DNA of 64,000 bases from the human T2T-CHM13v2.0 reference genome, Homo sapiens: assembly GCF_009914755.1 (NCBI RefSeq), contig NC_060932.1; one strand, 5' to 3'. The position numbers were made by a program, and so were the translations under genes. The notes under the pieces are model-generated. The model did not search any database. It worked only from the letters and a program-made list of their open reading frames with translations, and was not told where the DNA came from. Positions 44,195 through 58,029 of the stretch are shown one piece after another. Position 1 is the first letter of the stretch; each line of letters opens with the position of its first letter.

Positions 44195-47100
44195 TGAGCT
44201 TCTCTCAGTAAACAAGGATCAAGTACATACCCATCCCTGTTGGCTGTAGCTCCTCTTACCCAAAAGCACCATCTACTGGCCTGTAGGTTACACCACACAG
44301 CCCAATATAAAACCTGCTGACAGAAGCGCACATAGCTACAGAGCAAAGTCAAAAGACTCTACCCAATATTCTGTACAGTCACACCCCTGTAATGATAAAG
44401 GTTAGAAATAGTTTGTCTTGAGGCCATGTCAGAGACCTTCACGGCAGCTCCTCCCATCATAGGCCTAGAGGCCCAGGAGGAAAAAGTGATTTTTTTGGAC
44501 TGGGCCCAGGGTCTCCATGCTGTGTGCAGCCTAGGGACTTGGTGCCCTGTTGTCCCAGCTGCCCCAGCCATGGCTAAAAGGGGCCAATGTAGAGCTTGGT
44601 CTATGGCTTCAGAAGGTGGAAGATCCAAGCCTTGGCAGCTTCCATGTGGTGTTGAGCCTGCACAGAAGTCAAGAATTGAGGTTTGGGAACGTCCGCCTAG
44701 ATTTCAGAAAATGTAGTGAAATGCCTGGATGCCCAGGCAAAAGTTTGCTGCAGGGGTGGGGCCCTCATGGAGAACCTCTGCTAGGGCAGTGCAGAAGGGA
44801 AATGTGGGGTCAGACCCCCCACATAGAGTCCCTGCTGGGGCACTGCCTCGTAGAGCTGTGAGAAGAGGGCCACTGTCCTCCAGACCCCAGAATCGTAGGT
44901 CCACCGACAGCTTAAACTGTGCGCCTGGAAAAGCTGCAGACACTCACCACCAGCCTGTGAAAGCAGTCAGGAGGGAGGCTATACCCTGCAAAGCCACAGC
45001 AGTGGAGCTGCCTAAGACCATGGGAACCCACATGTTGCATGAGAATGACCTGGATGTAAGACCTGGAGTCAAGGAAGTTCATTTTGGAGCTTTAAAATTT
45101 GACTGCCCTACTGGATTTTGGACTTCCATGGGCCCTGTAACCCCTTTGTTTTGGTCAATTTCTTCCATTTGGAATGGCTATATTTACCCAATACCTGTAC
45201 CGCCATTGTATCTAGGAAGTAACTAGCTGATTTTTGATTTTACAGGCTCATAGGTGGAAGGGACTTTCCTTGTCTCAGATGAGACTTTGGACTGTGGACT
45301 TTGCTGAAATGACTAATGCTGAAATGAGTTAAGACTTTGGGGGACTGTTGGGAATGCATGATTGGCTTTGAAATGTTAGCACATGAGATTTGGAGGGGCC
45401 AAGGGCAGAATGATATAATTTGGAGGTGTCCCTACCTAAATCTCAATTTGAGTTGTATCTCCCAGAATTCCCAAATGTTGTGGAAGAGACCCAGGGGGAG
45501 GTAATTGAATTAGGGGGCCAGTCTTTCCCATGCTATCTTCATGACAGTGAATACGTCTCACCAGATCAGATGAGTTTATCAGGGGTTTCCGCTTTTGCTT
45601 TTTCCTCTTTTTTCTCTTGCCACCACCAAGGCGCCACCATAAGAAGTGCCTTTTGCCCTCTGCCATGATTATGAGCCCTCCCCAGCCATGTGGAACTGTA
45701 AGTCCAAGTAAACCTCTTTTTGTTTCCAGTTTCGAGTACGTCTTTATCAGCAGCATGAAAATGAACTAAAACAAGGTTCAATTAAGCAAGAAGATTTAAC
45801 TATCTGAAATATATACACATCTGACATTGGAACAGCCAGAGTCATAAACAAGTACTTCTAGACCTACAGAAAGACTTAGACGGCCACACAATAATAGTGG
45901 CATCTATAGAGTACTCCACCCATCAACCACAGAATATACATTCTTCTCATCTGTACATGGAATATGCTCTAAGATCAACCACATGCTTGACTATAAAACA
46001 AGTCTCAATAAATTAAAACAAATAAAAATCATACCAACCATACTCTTGAAACACAGGGGAATAATAGAAATAATAGAAATCAATACTAAGAAGATCTCGG
46101 AAAACCACACAATTACATGGAAATTAAACTACTTGCTCCTGAATGACTTTTAGGCAAACAATGAAATCAAGGAAGAAATCAAAAACTTCTTTGAAATAAA
46201 TAAAAACAGATATATAACATACCAAAATCTCTGAGGTGCAGCAAAAATAGTATTAAGAGGAAAGTTTATAGTGCTGAATGCCTACATCAAGAAGACAGAA
46301 AGATCTCAAATTAGCAATGTAACATCATACCTAGTGGAACTAAAAAAACAAGAACAAATTAACCTCAAATCCAGAAGAAGACAAAAGTCACAAAAATCAG
46401 GGTAGAACTGAAAGAAATTTTGACTCCAAAATCCATACAAAGAATCAATCAATCAAAAATTGTTATTTTTAAATAAATAAACAAGATTGATAGACCACTA
46501 GCTAGATTAACAAACAAAAAGTGAGATTACCCAACTAAGCAGAATCAGAAATGACAAAAGGTGACATTACAACTGACCCCACAGAAATACAAAAGATCCT
46601 CAGAGACTATTATGAACACCTCTATGCACATGAACTAGAAATTCTAGAGGAAATAAGTACATTCCTAAAAACACACAAACTTCCAAGATTGAATCAGGAA
46701 GAAATTAAAACTCCGAACAGACCAAGAATAACTTCCAAAATTGACTCAGTAATAAAAATCCTACCAACCAGAGAAAGCCCTGGACCAGACTGATTCATAG
46801 CCAAATTCTACCAGACTTACAAAGAAGAGCTGGACCAATTCTACTGAAAATATTCCAAAAAATGAAGAAGAAGGTACTTCTCACTAACTGATTCTATGAA
46901 GCCAGTATCACCCTAGTGCCAAAACGTGGCAAAGACAAAATGAACAAAGAAAACTACAGGCCAATATTCTTCATAAACATAGATGCAGAAATCCACAACA
47001 AAATACCAGCAAACCAAATCCTGCAGTATATAAAAATTTTAATTTGCCATGATCAAGTAGGCTTTATACCTGGTTCAACATACACAAATAAATAAGTGTG

Positions 47101-49428
47101 AGTCACTACATAAACAAAGTTTTTAAAAAATTATATGATAATAAATGTAGAAAAATCTTTTATTAAAATCCAACATCCCTTCTTTATTAAAAAACCCTCA
47201 ATAACTTGGCATCTAAGGAACATACCTCAAAATAATTAGAGCCGTCTGTGACAAACCCATAGCTAACATCATACTGGATGGGCAAAAGCTTAAAGCCTTT
47301 CCATTAAAAACAGGAAAAAGACAAGGATACCCACTCTTATTACTCCTTATTCAATGTAGTACTGAAATTCCAAGCCAGAGCAATCAGGCAAGAGAAAGAA
47401 ATAAAAGGAATCCAAATAGGAAAAGAAAATGTCAAATTATCTCTTTCTTTACTGACAATATGATTCTATACCTTGAAAACTCTGAGGACCCTGCCAAAAG
47501 GCTCCTACAACTAACAAATGACTTTGGTAAAGTTTCAGGACACAAAATCAATATACAAAAATCAGTAGTATTTCTATATATCAATAACATTCAATCCAGA
47601 GCCAAATGAAGAATGCAATGAATGCAATCCCATTTACAATAGCCACAAAAAAATAAAATACCTAAGAATATATCTAACCAAACAGGCAAAAGATCTATAC
47701 AAGGAGAACTACAAAACACTGCTGAAAGAAATCATAGATGACACACAAAACAATGAAAAAAATTCCATGCTCACGGATTGGAAGAATCAATATTGTTTAA
47801 ATGGTCATACTTCTCAAAGCAATCTACGGATTCAATGCTATTCTTATCAAACTACTGTTATTTTTTCACAGAATTAGAGAAAACTATTTTAAAATTCTTA
47901 TGGAATCAAATAAGATCCCAAATAGTGAAAGCAATTCTAAACAAAATGAACAAAGCTGGAGGCATCACATTACCCAACTTCAAACTATACTATAAGACTA
48001 AAATAACCAAAACAGCACAGTACTGGTACAAAAACAGACGCATAGACCAATGAATAAAACAGAATAGAAAATGCAGAAATAAAGTTGCACACCTACAACC
48101 ATGTGATCTTCAACAAAGTCAACAAAAATAAGCAATGGAGATAGGACTCCCTATGCAATAAATGATGCTAGGATCCCTAGGTAGTCGTATGAAGAAGAAT
48201 CAAACTGGACTTCCTATCTTTCACCATATTCAAAAATTAACTCAAGATAGATTAAAGACTTAAATGTAAGACCTCAAACTTACAAAAATCCTAGAAGGAA
48301 ACCTAGGAAATACCGTTCTGGACATGTGCCTTGGCAAAGCATTCATGACTAAGTCTTCAAAAGCAATTGTAACAAAAACAAAAATTGACAAGTGGGACCT
48401 AATTAAACTAAAGAGCTTCCACACAGGAAAAGAAACTATCAACAGAGTAAACAGACAACCTACAGAATAGGAGAACATATTTGCAAACTACACAAATATT
48501 TGCAAACTTTGCAAATCAACAAAGGTCTAATATCCAGAATCTATAATGAACTTAAACAATTAAATGAGCAAAAACCAAATAACCCTGTTAAAAGGTGAAC
48601 AAAAGACACGAACAGACACACTTCAAAAGAAGACATACAAACATCCAACAAACATATGAAAAAAATACTTCACTAATCATCAGAAAAATGCAAATCAAAA
48701 CTACAGTGAGATAACATGGTCACAACTGCTATTATTAAAAAGTCAGAAAATAAGGTGCTGGTGAGTCTATGGAGAAAAGCGAATGTGTATACACTCTTGT
48801 TGGGGATGTAAATTAGTTCAACTACTGTGGAAAGCTGTTTGGAGTTTTCTCAAAGAACTTAAAACAGAACTACTATTCAACCTAGTAATCTCATTACTCT
48901 GTATACACTCAAGGGAAAATAAATTGTACTGAAAGGATACATGCATTCATGTTCAGCACATCTCTATTTACAGTGGCAAAGCCATCAACCTATGGGCCCA
49001 TCAACAGTGGATAGAATAAAGAAAATATGTTATTGATACTTATACACTGTGGAATATTACATAGCCATGAAAAAGAACAAAATCATATTCTTTGCAGCAA
49101 CATAGATGCAGCTGGAAGCCATTATCCTAAGAAAATTAATGCAGGAATGGAAAACCAAATACTGCATGTTTTCACTTATAAGTGGGAGCTAAACACTGAG
49201 TACACATGGATATAAAAAAAAAGAACGCTAGAAACTGAGGACTAAGTGGGGGACTACTACAGAGGGAATGGGACAAAGGCTAAAAAGCTACATATTGGGT
49301 AATATGCTCACTACCTGGGTGATGGGATTGTTTGTAATGCAAACCTCAGCATCACACAATGTACTCATATAACAAGCCTGCACATGTACCTCATGAATCT
49401 GAAATAGAAGTTAAATTTATTTAAAAAA
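44195..49428 (+). mobile_element. L1PB-like LINE with internal deletions, interrupted by THE1A
   Basis: ORF2 remnants ([24 protein letters not shown]; [15 protein letters not shown]); L1PB-type 3' end. Confidence 0.88.
44413..45773 (+). mobile_element. 5'-truncated THE1A (internal 44413-45410, LTR 45411-45773)
   Basis: Colinear with 22113-23451; flanked by AGGTT repeats at 44399-44403 and 45774-45778. Confidence 0.9.
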
Positions 49429-50150
49429 CAATGAGATACTATTTCACACCACCTGGATGGTTACATTAAAAATGACAAATAATAATATGTTAGCAAAGGT
49501 GTTAGAAATCTCATTCTCTCATACACTAGTGATGGGAATGTAAAACGGTGCACGTTGTCATTCCTCAAAAAGTTAAATATAGAGTTAGGATATAACCCAA
49601 AATTGCACTCCTAAGTATATACCCAAGAAAAATGAAAACATATGCCCATATAAAAACTTGTATATGAACGTTCATAACAGCATTAGTCATAATAGCAAAA
49701 AAGTCAACACCCCAAATGTCCATCAACTCATTAATAGATAAATAAAATGTGCTAAATCCATACAGTGGAATATTATTCAGCCATAAAAGGAATGAAGTAC
49801 TGACAGATGTTGCAATATAAATGAACCTTGAAAACGTTATACTAATGAAATAAGCTAGTTACACTAGACCACATTATATGATTCTACTTACATAAAATGT
49901 CTACTGGGAAGTCTATTGAAGCAGAAAGTAGATTGGTGGCTGCCTAGGGCTGAGGGGAGTGGGTTTAGAGAGAAACACGGAGTGACTGCTAATGGATACG
50001 GGATTTTGTTTTGGGTGACAAAACTTCTACAATTGATTATGGTAATGGATAGAAAACTCTGTGACTATACTAAAAGCTGTGGAATTCTACACTTGAAAGT
50101 AGTGCCTTGTATGACATGTGCATAATATCTCAATAAAGCCATTTTAAAAA
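49429..50150 (+). mobile_element. L1MB-like 3' end directly after the L1PB tail
   Basis: CCTCAAAAAGTTAAATATAGAGTT...GATTGGTGGCTGCCTAGGGCTG...CTCAATAAAGC. Confidence 0.8.
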
Positions 50151-52611
50151 TTCCCCTCTAAAAAAGAACTTTTCTTTTGCATTAACAACTTGACTAACTG
50201 GATAAAGACGCCTAACTTTTGTCCTATTTTAGCTTTTGACATGGCCTTCCTCACTAAACTTAATCATTTCTAGCTTTTAATTTAAAGTGAGAGGTGTCTA
50301 GTTTCAATATTGCTCTGTCTCAGAGAACAGAGAGAATTAAGAAGAGGAAGAAAGATGGGAGAATGGGTGGTTTGTGGAGCATTGAGAAAACACAACATTT
50401 ATTAAGTCTGCCATCTTATATGGGTGTGACTGATGGTGCCCCCAAATAATTACAATAGTGACATCAAAGATCACTGATCACAGATCACCATAATAGATAT
50501 AATAGTAAAGGAAAGGTTTCAAAGGATCGTAACAATTATCAAAATGTGACAGAGACATGAAGTGAGCACACGCTATTGAAAAAAATGGCTCAGACAGACT
50601 TACTCAATGCAGAGTTTTCAGAGACCTTCAATTTGTAAAAAAATGCAATATTTGTGAAGTGTAATAAAGTGAAACTACAATAAAAAGGTATGCCTGTATA
50701 TAGAACGAGATTTATTTTAAGGAATTGGCTCATGAGATTATGGGGCTGACAAGTTCAAAACTTGCAGGGTGGGCTGGGGGCTGGAAACTAGGGGTGAGTC
50801 GATGCTAAGGTTCAAGTTTGAAGATCATTTGCTGCAGAATTAATCCTTGCTCAGAGAAGGTCAGTCTTTTGTTCTATTCTGGCCTTCAACTGATTGGATG
50901 CAGCCCACCCATTTTATAGAGGACAATCTGCTTTACTCAAAGTGCAATGAACAGATTTAAGTGTTAATCTCATCCCAAAACACTGTCACAGGAACATCCA
51001 GAATAATGTTTCACCACATAGCTTGTCACCCTGGCCTTGCCAAGTTGACACATAAAATTAGGCATCATAACAAGTTTCCAAGTAACCCTGAGTTTCTGTT
51101 CCTTCAATAAAAAACAAGAAAACTAGATTTGATATCTTTCAACTAAATAAGAAATCCTGCATTTAAGAACAAGACTGATAGGACAGAGTCCTGAGATTTA
51201 TTCTGAGATAAAGAATGTTCAAACAGTTTTACCTCTTTTGATGCCTGACATCTAATACACTAACTTATGCCTTCCAGGGAATCATAGATGGTTTTTGAAG
51301 GGGACCTGAAGACCTAGCTTTGAAAAGAGCCCACTTAAATTTTTTGCTAAACATGATTGAGTAGTATCTCCCTGTCTCAAATGAGAGATAAATTACAATT
51401 TTAATTTTAGACATACTGCAATTTCTGTGTTGCCATTATTTCTTGACTTTTAATTTGTTCATTAATTTTCACAAGATTAATTGGCCTTTTGGGCTTTCAA
51501 ATCAATATGATATTTTATCTCATGGCCTTTTCAAAACATGCTTTTCCTGGAGCAATTTATTGCAGATCATTTCTTTGAGGCTTGCCACCTTTTAGTTAGC
51601 CCTGCTGCACTGGACACAGAGAACACATTTTTCCCCTTTGCCCTTTGATTTTTCCTAGAAGGTCCAACATGTGACAAATTGCAGAGATTATGTGGCTTTT
51701 ATTAAAGTACACACCTTGTGACCCTCTGAGAAAAGAAAAATGACCCAAGATAAATAAGGGAGTGTTTGTCCAGCATCCAGAAAAGGCTGCATGGAAAAGT
51801 TAAAGTGTAAATATCAGTATCACTGTTGAATATTTGCACAGCCCTTCATAGTTAACTGATACCACAGAGTGGTCTTGCAGATTCAAGTACCTAGAGGGCC
51901 AGGCAGAGAGTATAGGCAATGGGCTAGGTAGGTCTTAGGCAAACTGAAAAAATATATGCACACTAAAACCAGCTTCACCTGTTGCCAGGTGGGGGTGAAA
52001 GCCTCATGCTACTGAATTTTTCAATAAATGCCTGACATCTGAGATTCCGTGGTATATATCTTAATTTTAAAGGGCTGAAAATTTATTTAAAACATTTAAA
52101 TCCTGTGAGAATCAACAAATTATGTCTGCAGGCAAGCTCCCAGACTACCAACAGCGAGTTTGTGTCCTCTCTCTATTTTAGAAATTAGAAGATTGAGATG
52201 ATATACTAGCCTGTTACAAGAACACATTACAAAATGTTTGTTTCTGTTCGATGTGTAATAGGATGTTAACCAAGGACTCTTCTTTCTGCCTCTGTTTCAG
52301 CAGGGATGTGAAGACAAGACATATTAGCAGAGGTGGATTTACTCTGAAACTGATGAAGGTAAAGAAAGCATCAGTGTGGATTAGAACCCCCAATTCCTTT
52401 TCCAAGGCCTTGGGAGAGCCTTTTAATGTGATTACATGATCATTTATTTTTGCAAAACTTACAAAAGTAATACTTTCTAACAGCAATGCATTAGGATCAC
52501 AGTCTATTTCCACTTGGAGTTTTCTTTCTTTCACACCTCCCAAAGGATAGGGTGTTGTTATAGTGACTAGGGGCATTTTTTGGAGATCTAGGTAGAAGGA
52601 TCCATCTAGTA

Positions 52612-52818
52612 AGACTCCTCAATCTCAGCAAAATTGACATTTTGAGCCAGGTAATTCTTTGCTATGGTCACTGTCCTATACATTGAAGGATATTTAGCAG
52701 CATTTCTTACCTCTGCTTACTAGATCCTGGTAGCAACCCCCTATTCTCTCACCCACACAGTTGTGACAAAGTCCCCTGGAGAGATAAAATTGAACCCTCA
52801 CTCCATTGATAACCACTG
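52612..52818. mobile_element. MER20 hAT MITE
   Basis: CTCAATCTCAGCAAAATTGACATTTTG...TTTAGCAGCAT...GATAACCACTG. Confidence 0.75.
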
Positions 52819-52984
52819 AACTAATGAGAAGTTGATTTGTGGACACAGCTAGTTTGGGTTGGAATATAATTACGTGGTTCCAGGTCACATTTGTGTTACA
52901 GTTTACATTCTCACTAACAGTTTGAGTGTGGGCATGGTTTTCACAAATACTTGACCTTCTCATAGCACCAACTCACATGGGTGC

Positions 52985-53580
52985 AGAACCAGGATGGCAG
53001 ATCCCAGCACAGAAGCACATGGGATGAGGCAAAAATAAAAGTTGGAAATGGAACCACAGGCCTGGGTCTGTGGAAATGTCTTCCAAATCTTACAACTCTT
53101 GTGTGAAAGAAACTTGATGGAGACTTTCTCAGTTTTGGCAACAATCCTAGACATTTATATGACATTGCTAATAATGTGTTATGATGCTGAAAAAAATATC
53201 GAACTTATCATAATACAAATGAATTCCAAAACAACCATGCTAGAAGAAAGACTGGATTGTCTTTCTTTTCACACTGTTGAAAATGTTACAAAGTTGTTGT
53301 CTTTATAGAAGGAATCAAAGAGTCTATAGCTAAAATTAAAGGAAAAGGCATAATAGAAGAATGTTAGATAGTTAATAATGATATCACATTTTTGAGTTTT
53401 ATAATGTTTGTAGTATTCATCAGCTTTCAAAAAATTTGTTTTGTTGTGATTTATGATATCATTCAAAAAATATTCTTTTAGTACATTGTTTTATACTATA
53501 CTTTTATTTTTTGTAAAGAAGAAAAATCTCATTCTAAATTATAAAAACTTCAGGACACTTAAAACTTAGATTTGCATCTG
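52985..53580 (+). mobile_element. hAT-Tip100 (Zaphod/MamTip-like) fossil with dimerization-domain remnant
   Basis: ORF 53042-53308 NLMETFSVLATILDIYMTLLIMCYDAEKN...TTMLEERLDCLS resembles the hATC motif. Confidence 0.7.
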
Positions 53581-53859
53581 GATTTTAGATATCAAAATGA
53601 GTTGTGAGATAAATACTTGGAGTCTTTATGAAATAACTTTCTGGATAAAGCTGCTGGTTCACTATGAGCTCCTTCACGTTTCCTCCTTCCTCTCCCTTCC
53701 CCATCTTCCCTCTCAATCCCCAAGGTGAGAAAAAATAGAATTCCACTTTTTACATTAAATGAAAAGAAATGCATTAAAAAGACCACTCAGAAAGCCTGAT
53801 GCTTACTTAGCTCCTGATAGTGGGAGAACAATGGGGCAATACCTGATTGACTCTAAGCT

Positions 53860-56400
53860 GGAAAACTAAGAGAAAGTCAGGCTGGCTGGCTCTTCAGGCA
53901 ACTGCAGCCAAGGTGAGGGGCCTGCAATGGACTGTCTACACTCAGAGTGTTTAGAGGTGTAGAAATGCATAAGCCAGATGTGGGCTGAGCACAAGAGAGA
54001 GCTCACATGCAGCTCTTTTACCTCCTGTCCGATAGGGCTACTCAGAAGTGTGATGGAGCTCCAAGGGAGACCATGCAAAGTGCTCTGAAAATCCTGGGGC
54101 TGAGGGGCCACCTCCAGCCAGAAAAATGTGTCACCACATCACAGAAGTTCTATTAAATCCAGGGAAGAACTTTGAAGAACCTACAAGGATGCCAGTGAGA
54201 CACAATGCCAATCTTTAAACACCAGCCAGACCCAGATGTGTGCAGTAAAGTTATAGCAGTACTGGGTAAGTAAGGAATTTCCTGCGCTTCTTGAGGAATT
54301 CAAATTGTCTCTGTTTGCAGATGACATGATTGTATATTTAGAAAACCCCATCATCTCAGCCCCAAATCTCCTTAAGCTGACAAGCAACTTCAGCAAAGTC
54401 TCAGGATCCAAATCCATGTGCAAAAATCACAAGCTTTCCTATACACCAATAACAGACAAACAGAAAGCCAAATCATGAGTGAACTCCCATTCACGATTGC
54501 TACAAAGAGAATAAAATACCTAGGAATCCAACTTACAAGGGATGTGAAGGACATCTTCAAGGAGAACTACAAACCACTGCTCAAGGAAATAAGACAGGAC
54601 ACAAACAAATGGAAAAACATTCCATGCTCATGGATAGAAAGAATCAATATCATGAAAATGGCCATACTGCCCAAAGTAATTTATAGATTCAGTGCTATTC
54701 TCATCAAACTACCATTGACTTTCTTCACAGAATTAGCAAAAACTACTTTAAATTTCATATGGACCCAAAAAAGAGCCCATATAGCCAAGACAATCCTAAG
54801 CAAAAAGAACAAAGCTGGAGGCATCATGCTTCAAACTATACTACAAGGCTACAGTAACCAAAACAGCATGGTACTGGTACCAAAAGAGATATATAGACCA
54901 ATGGAACAGAACAGAGGCCTCAGAAATACTGCCACACATCTACAGCCATCTGATCTTTGACAATTCTGACAAAAACAGCAATAAGGAAACAATTCTCTAT
55001 TTAATAAACAGTGTTGGAAAAACTGGCTAGCCATATGTAGAAAATTGAAACTAGACCGTTTCCTTATGCCTTATACAAAAATTAACTCAAGATGTATTAA
55101 AGACTTAAATATAAGCCCTAAAACCACAAAAACCCTAGAAGAAAACATAGGCAATACCATTCAGGACATAGGCATGGGCAAAGACTTCATGACTAAAACA
55201 CCAAAAGCAATGGTAACAAAAGCCAAAATTGACAAATGGGATCTAATTAAACTAAAGAGCTCCTGCACAACAAAAAAACTATCATCAAAGTGAACAGGCA
55301 ACCTACAGAGTGGGAGAAAATTTTTGCAATCTATCCATCTGACAAAGGGCTAATATCCAGAATAGCACTTAAACAAATTTACAAGAAAAAAAAAAAACAT
55401 CAAAAAGTGGGCAAAGGATATGAATAGGCACTTCTCAAAAGACGACATTTATGCAGCCAACAAACATATGTAAAAAATCTCATCAACACTGGTCATTAGA
55501 GAAATGCAAATCAAAACCACAATGAGACACCATCTCACGCCAGTTAGAATGGTGATCATTAAAACTCAGGAAACAACAGATGCTAGAGAGGATGTAGAGA
55601 AATAGGAACGCTTTTACACAGTTAGCAGGAGTGTAAATTAGTTCAACCATGTGGAAGACAGTGTGACGATTCCTCAAGCATCTAGAACTAGAAATACCAT
55701 TTGACCCAGTCATCGCATTACTGGGTATATACCCAAAGGATTATAAATCATGCTGGTATAAAGACACATGCACATGTATGTTTATTGCAGCACCGTTCAC
55801 AATAGCAAAGACTTGGAACCAACCTAAATGCTCATCAATGATAGACTGGATTAAGAAAATGTGGCACATATACACCACGAAATACCATGCAGCCATAAAA
55901 AAGGATGAGTTCATGTCCTTTGTAGGGACATGGTTAAAGCTGGAAACCATCATTCTCAGCAAACTAACGCAGGAACAGAAAACCAAACACCGCATGTTCT
56001 TACCCAAAAGTGGGAGTTGAACAATGAGAACACATGGACACAGGGAGGGGAACATCACACACTGGGGCCTGTCGGGGGGTGTGGGGCTAGGGGAGGGAGA
56101 GCATTAGGAGAAATACCTAATGTAGGTGATGGGTTGATGGGTGCAGCAAACCACCATGGCATGTGTATACCTATGTAACAAACCTGCACGTTCTGCACGT
56201 GTATCCCAGAACTTAAAGTATAATAAAAACAAAACTAAACAAAAAAAAAAAAAAGGAAAAAGTTTCCTGCTTTTTTTATCTCTCCTTTCTCCCCCAGTTC
56301 TTCCATACTCAGTTGCAGCTAGATCGTTGGGAAGAAGGTAGGGAAGAGCAAAGAGAAGGATGCACATCTTTCTGCACTGAAATCACCAGCCTCAGAGTTC
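53860..56400 (+). mobile_element. Old LTR (Gypsy-type LTR78/85/88 group, uncertain) split by L1PA
   Basis: ACAATGCCAATCTTTAAACACCAGCCAGACCCAGA; TTTCCTGC present on both sides of the L1. Confidence 0.35.
54297..56253 (+). mobile_element. 5'-truncated L1PA (L1PA7-like)
   Basis: ORF2 remnant 54418-54960 ([34 protein letters not shown]); G-rich 3' UTR; poly(A). Confidence 0.95.
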
Positions 56401-56401
56401 A

Positions 56402-56928
56402 TGTAGCAGGCTTGACTGTGTTTCCTTAGAAAGGCCTGCTTACAAGGCTGGCCCTTGGCTAGTATCTGAAAACTCAGCTTTCAAGAGGGTTTCTGTCTCT
56501 CTAACTGATCAGAGTAGCTCACTGTGCCTAAAAAGTTTATGCAAACAATATGTTTTATGCTGAACTCATGCTTTATTTCTGGGAGACTGGAATTTTGGTA
56601 TGTGTTAATTAGGGGGTGCCTATGTGATAAGCCTCCAGTAAAAACGCTGGAGCTGAGCCTCCCTGGTTAGCAAACTTTCACCTGTGTTGTTACAATTCAT
56701 TACTGGGGAACTAAGCTCATCCTATGTGACTCTATTAGGAGAGGGTCATGGGAATTGAGTTTAATTTTTCCAAGATTTTGCCTCATGCACTTTTTTCTTT
56801 GCTGATTTTGTTTTGTACCTCTTTGCTATAGTAAATCATAGTTATGAGTACCATTACATGATGAATCTTATAGGTCTTCCTAGCAAATCATTGAAACTAG
56901 GGGTGGTTTGGGGGAATCTCCTGACACA
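56402..56928 (+). mobile_element. MER21-family LTR (ERVL)
   Basis: CCTTAGAAAGGCCTGCTTACAAGGCTGGCCCTTGGCT...GGGGTGGTTTGGGGGAATCTCCTGACACA. Confidence 0.8.
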
Positions 56929-58029
56929 GGCCCTAGCTGTGAGGGTGGAGAGAAGTTTTACTTTTTAATAAAGATTGACTCTGTGATTATTACAGTGACT
57001 AGACACTTTCGGTGACTGAACTGACACTATATTTCAGGCTTAAAGTGGGCAGAAGTGCCATGGGGCTGATCAAGTTTTCGTCCAGTGATAGAACAACTAA
57101 CCCCATGAAATAAGTCTAATGAGGTAGTAAAAAACAAAAACAAAATTGCATTCTGGTTACATCCCAGGAGGCAAGCTTGTTTGGCACCTCAGTGCCTTGT
57201 ACATTATTCCATTGAATTCACATGGTAGCCATGGAAGGCAGGAAGGACAAAGGTTTCATCCTGCTTTACAAGAGATATGAGAGTACATGGTACATGAGAG
57301 TTAAAAAGACTTTCCCAAGTTCACATGGCAAAAATTGAAGTTCGGTTCTCCGATTTCAAGACCTGCCTGAGCTTTTTCCACTTTGTCACATTGACTGGTT
57401 ACTTATTGTAGAGTGATGAGATCAACCCAAAATTCATTGTCCTATCCTCTAAAAATTAAAAAAAAGACTTAATTACTCCACCAATCTCTTTTCAAATTAT
57501 CACTCATGTGTCCTTTGAGATATCTAACTTGTTGGGGAGCTTAGTTTGGACCGGGTCATCTTTCCTACTTCACCTAATGATCTTGGAGCAAACTGATCCA
57601 TAAGAGAATTGAATCTGCATCTGTGCTCTCACAGGCACAGACAAGCCCTGGGCGGTGGTCTGTGTGTTTTTGTGTTTTTTGGGAGTGGGGGATAATTTTC
57701 TCCTACCTGAGTGACATGCTGAATGTGTTCCATCTGTTCTACTTTGATCAATAGATATGAAATCCAGTCTTTCTGCAAATACCATCAGTTATGGCTCAGC
57801 TAGATTAATTTCACAAGATTAAAAACTGAACAAAACTTTCTCAAACACCATCTGTTCAACAATGAGCTCCGATTTTTCCAGGCACTGTGCTAGATATGAT
57901 GGATGCAGTAATGAATATAACATAGCTGTTGGGCCAGGGTGTTCAGAGAGTGGTAGAAAAGATAGACAAAAGAATAAAATAATGATTCCAGTGGGATGTA
58001 CTATAGCAGGGTCAGAGAACAGGCTATTC

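Larger units (their letters stand above)
43149..50696 (-). mobile_element. Tigger1 DNA transposon (3' part 43149-44193, 5' part about 50163-50696)
   Basis: TIR-like ends (TAGACATACC / GGTATGCCTG) at TA sites; ORF 43775-44152 is transposase (PMDQEIFLTFKSYY...WKKLIPTLMDDFEEFK). Confidence 0.88.
43102..51070 (-). mobile_element. MLT2 (ERVL) LTR split at a TA by Tigger1 (pieces 43102-43148 and 50697-51070)
   Basis: TGTATTAG...CAGAACCAACAGGATATG resumes as GAGATTTATTTTAAGGAATTGGCTCA...GCCAAGTTGACACATAAAATTA. Confidence 0.8.

Noticed and set aside
54418-55293. L1 ORF2 frames as a functional CDS
   Set aside because: 5'-truncated and frameshifted L1PA; not retrotransposition-competent
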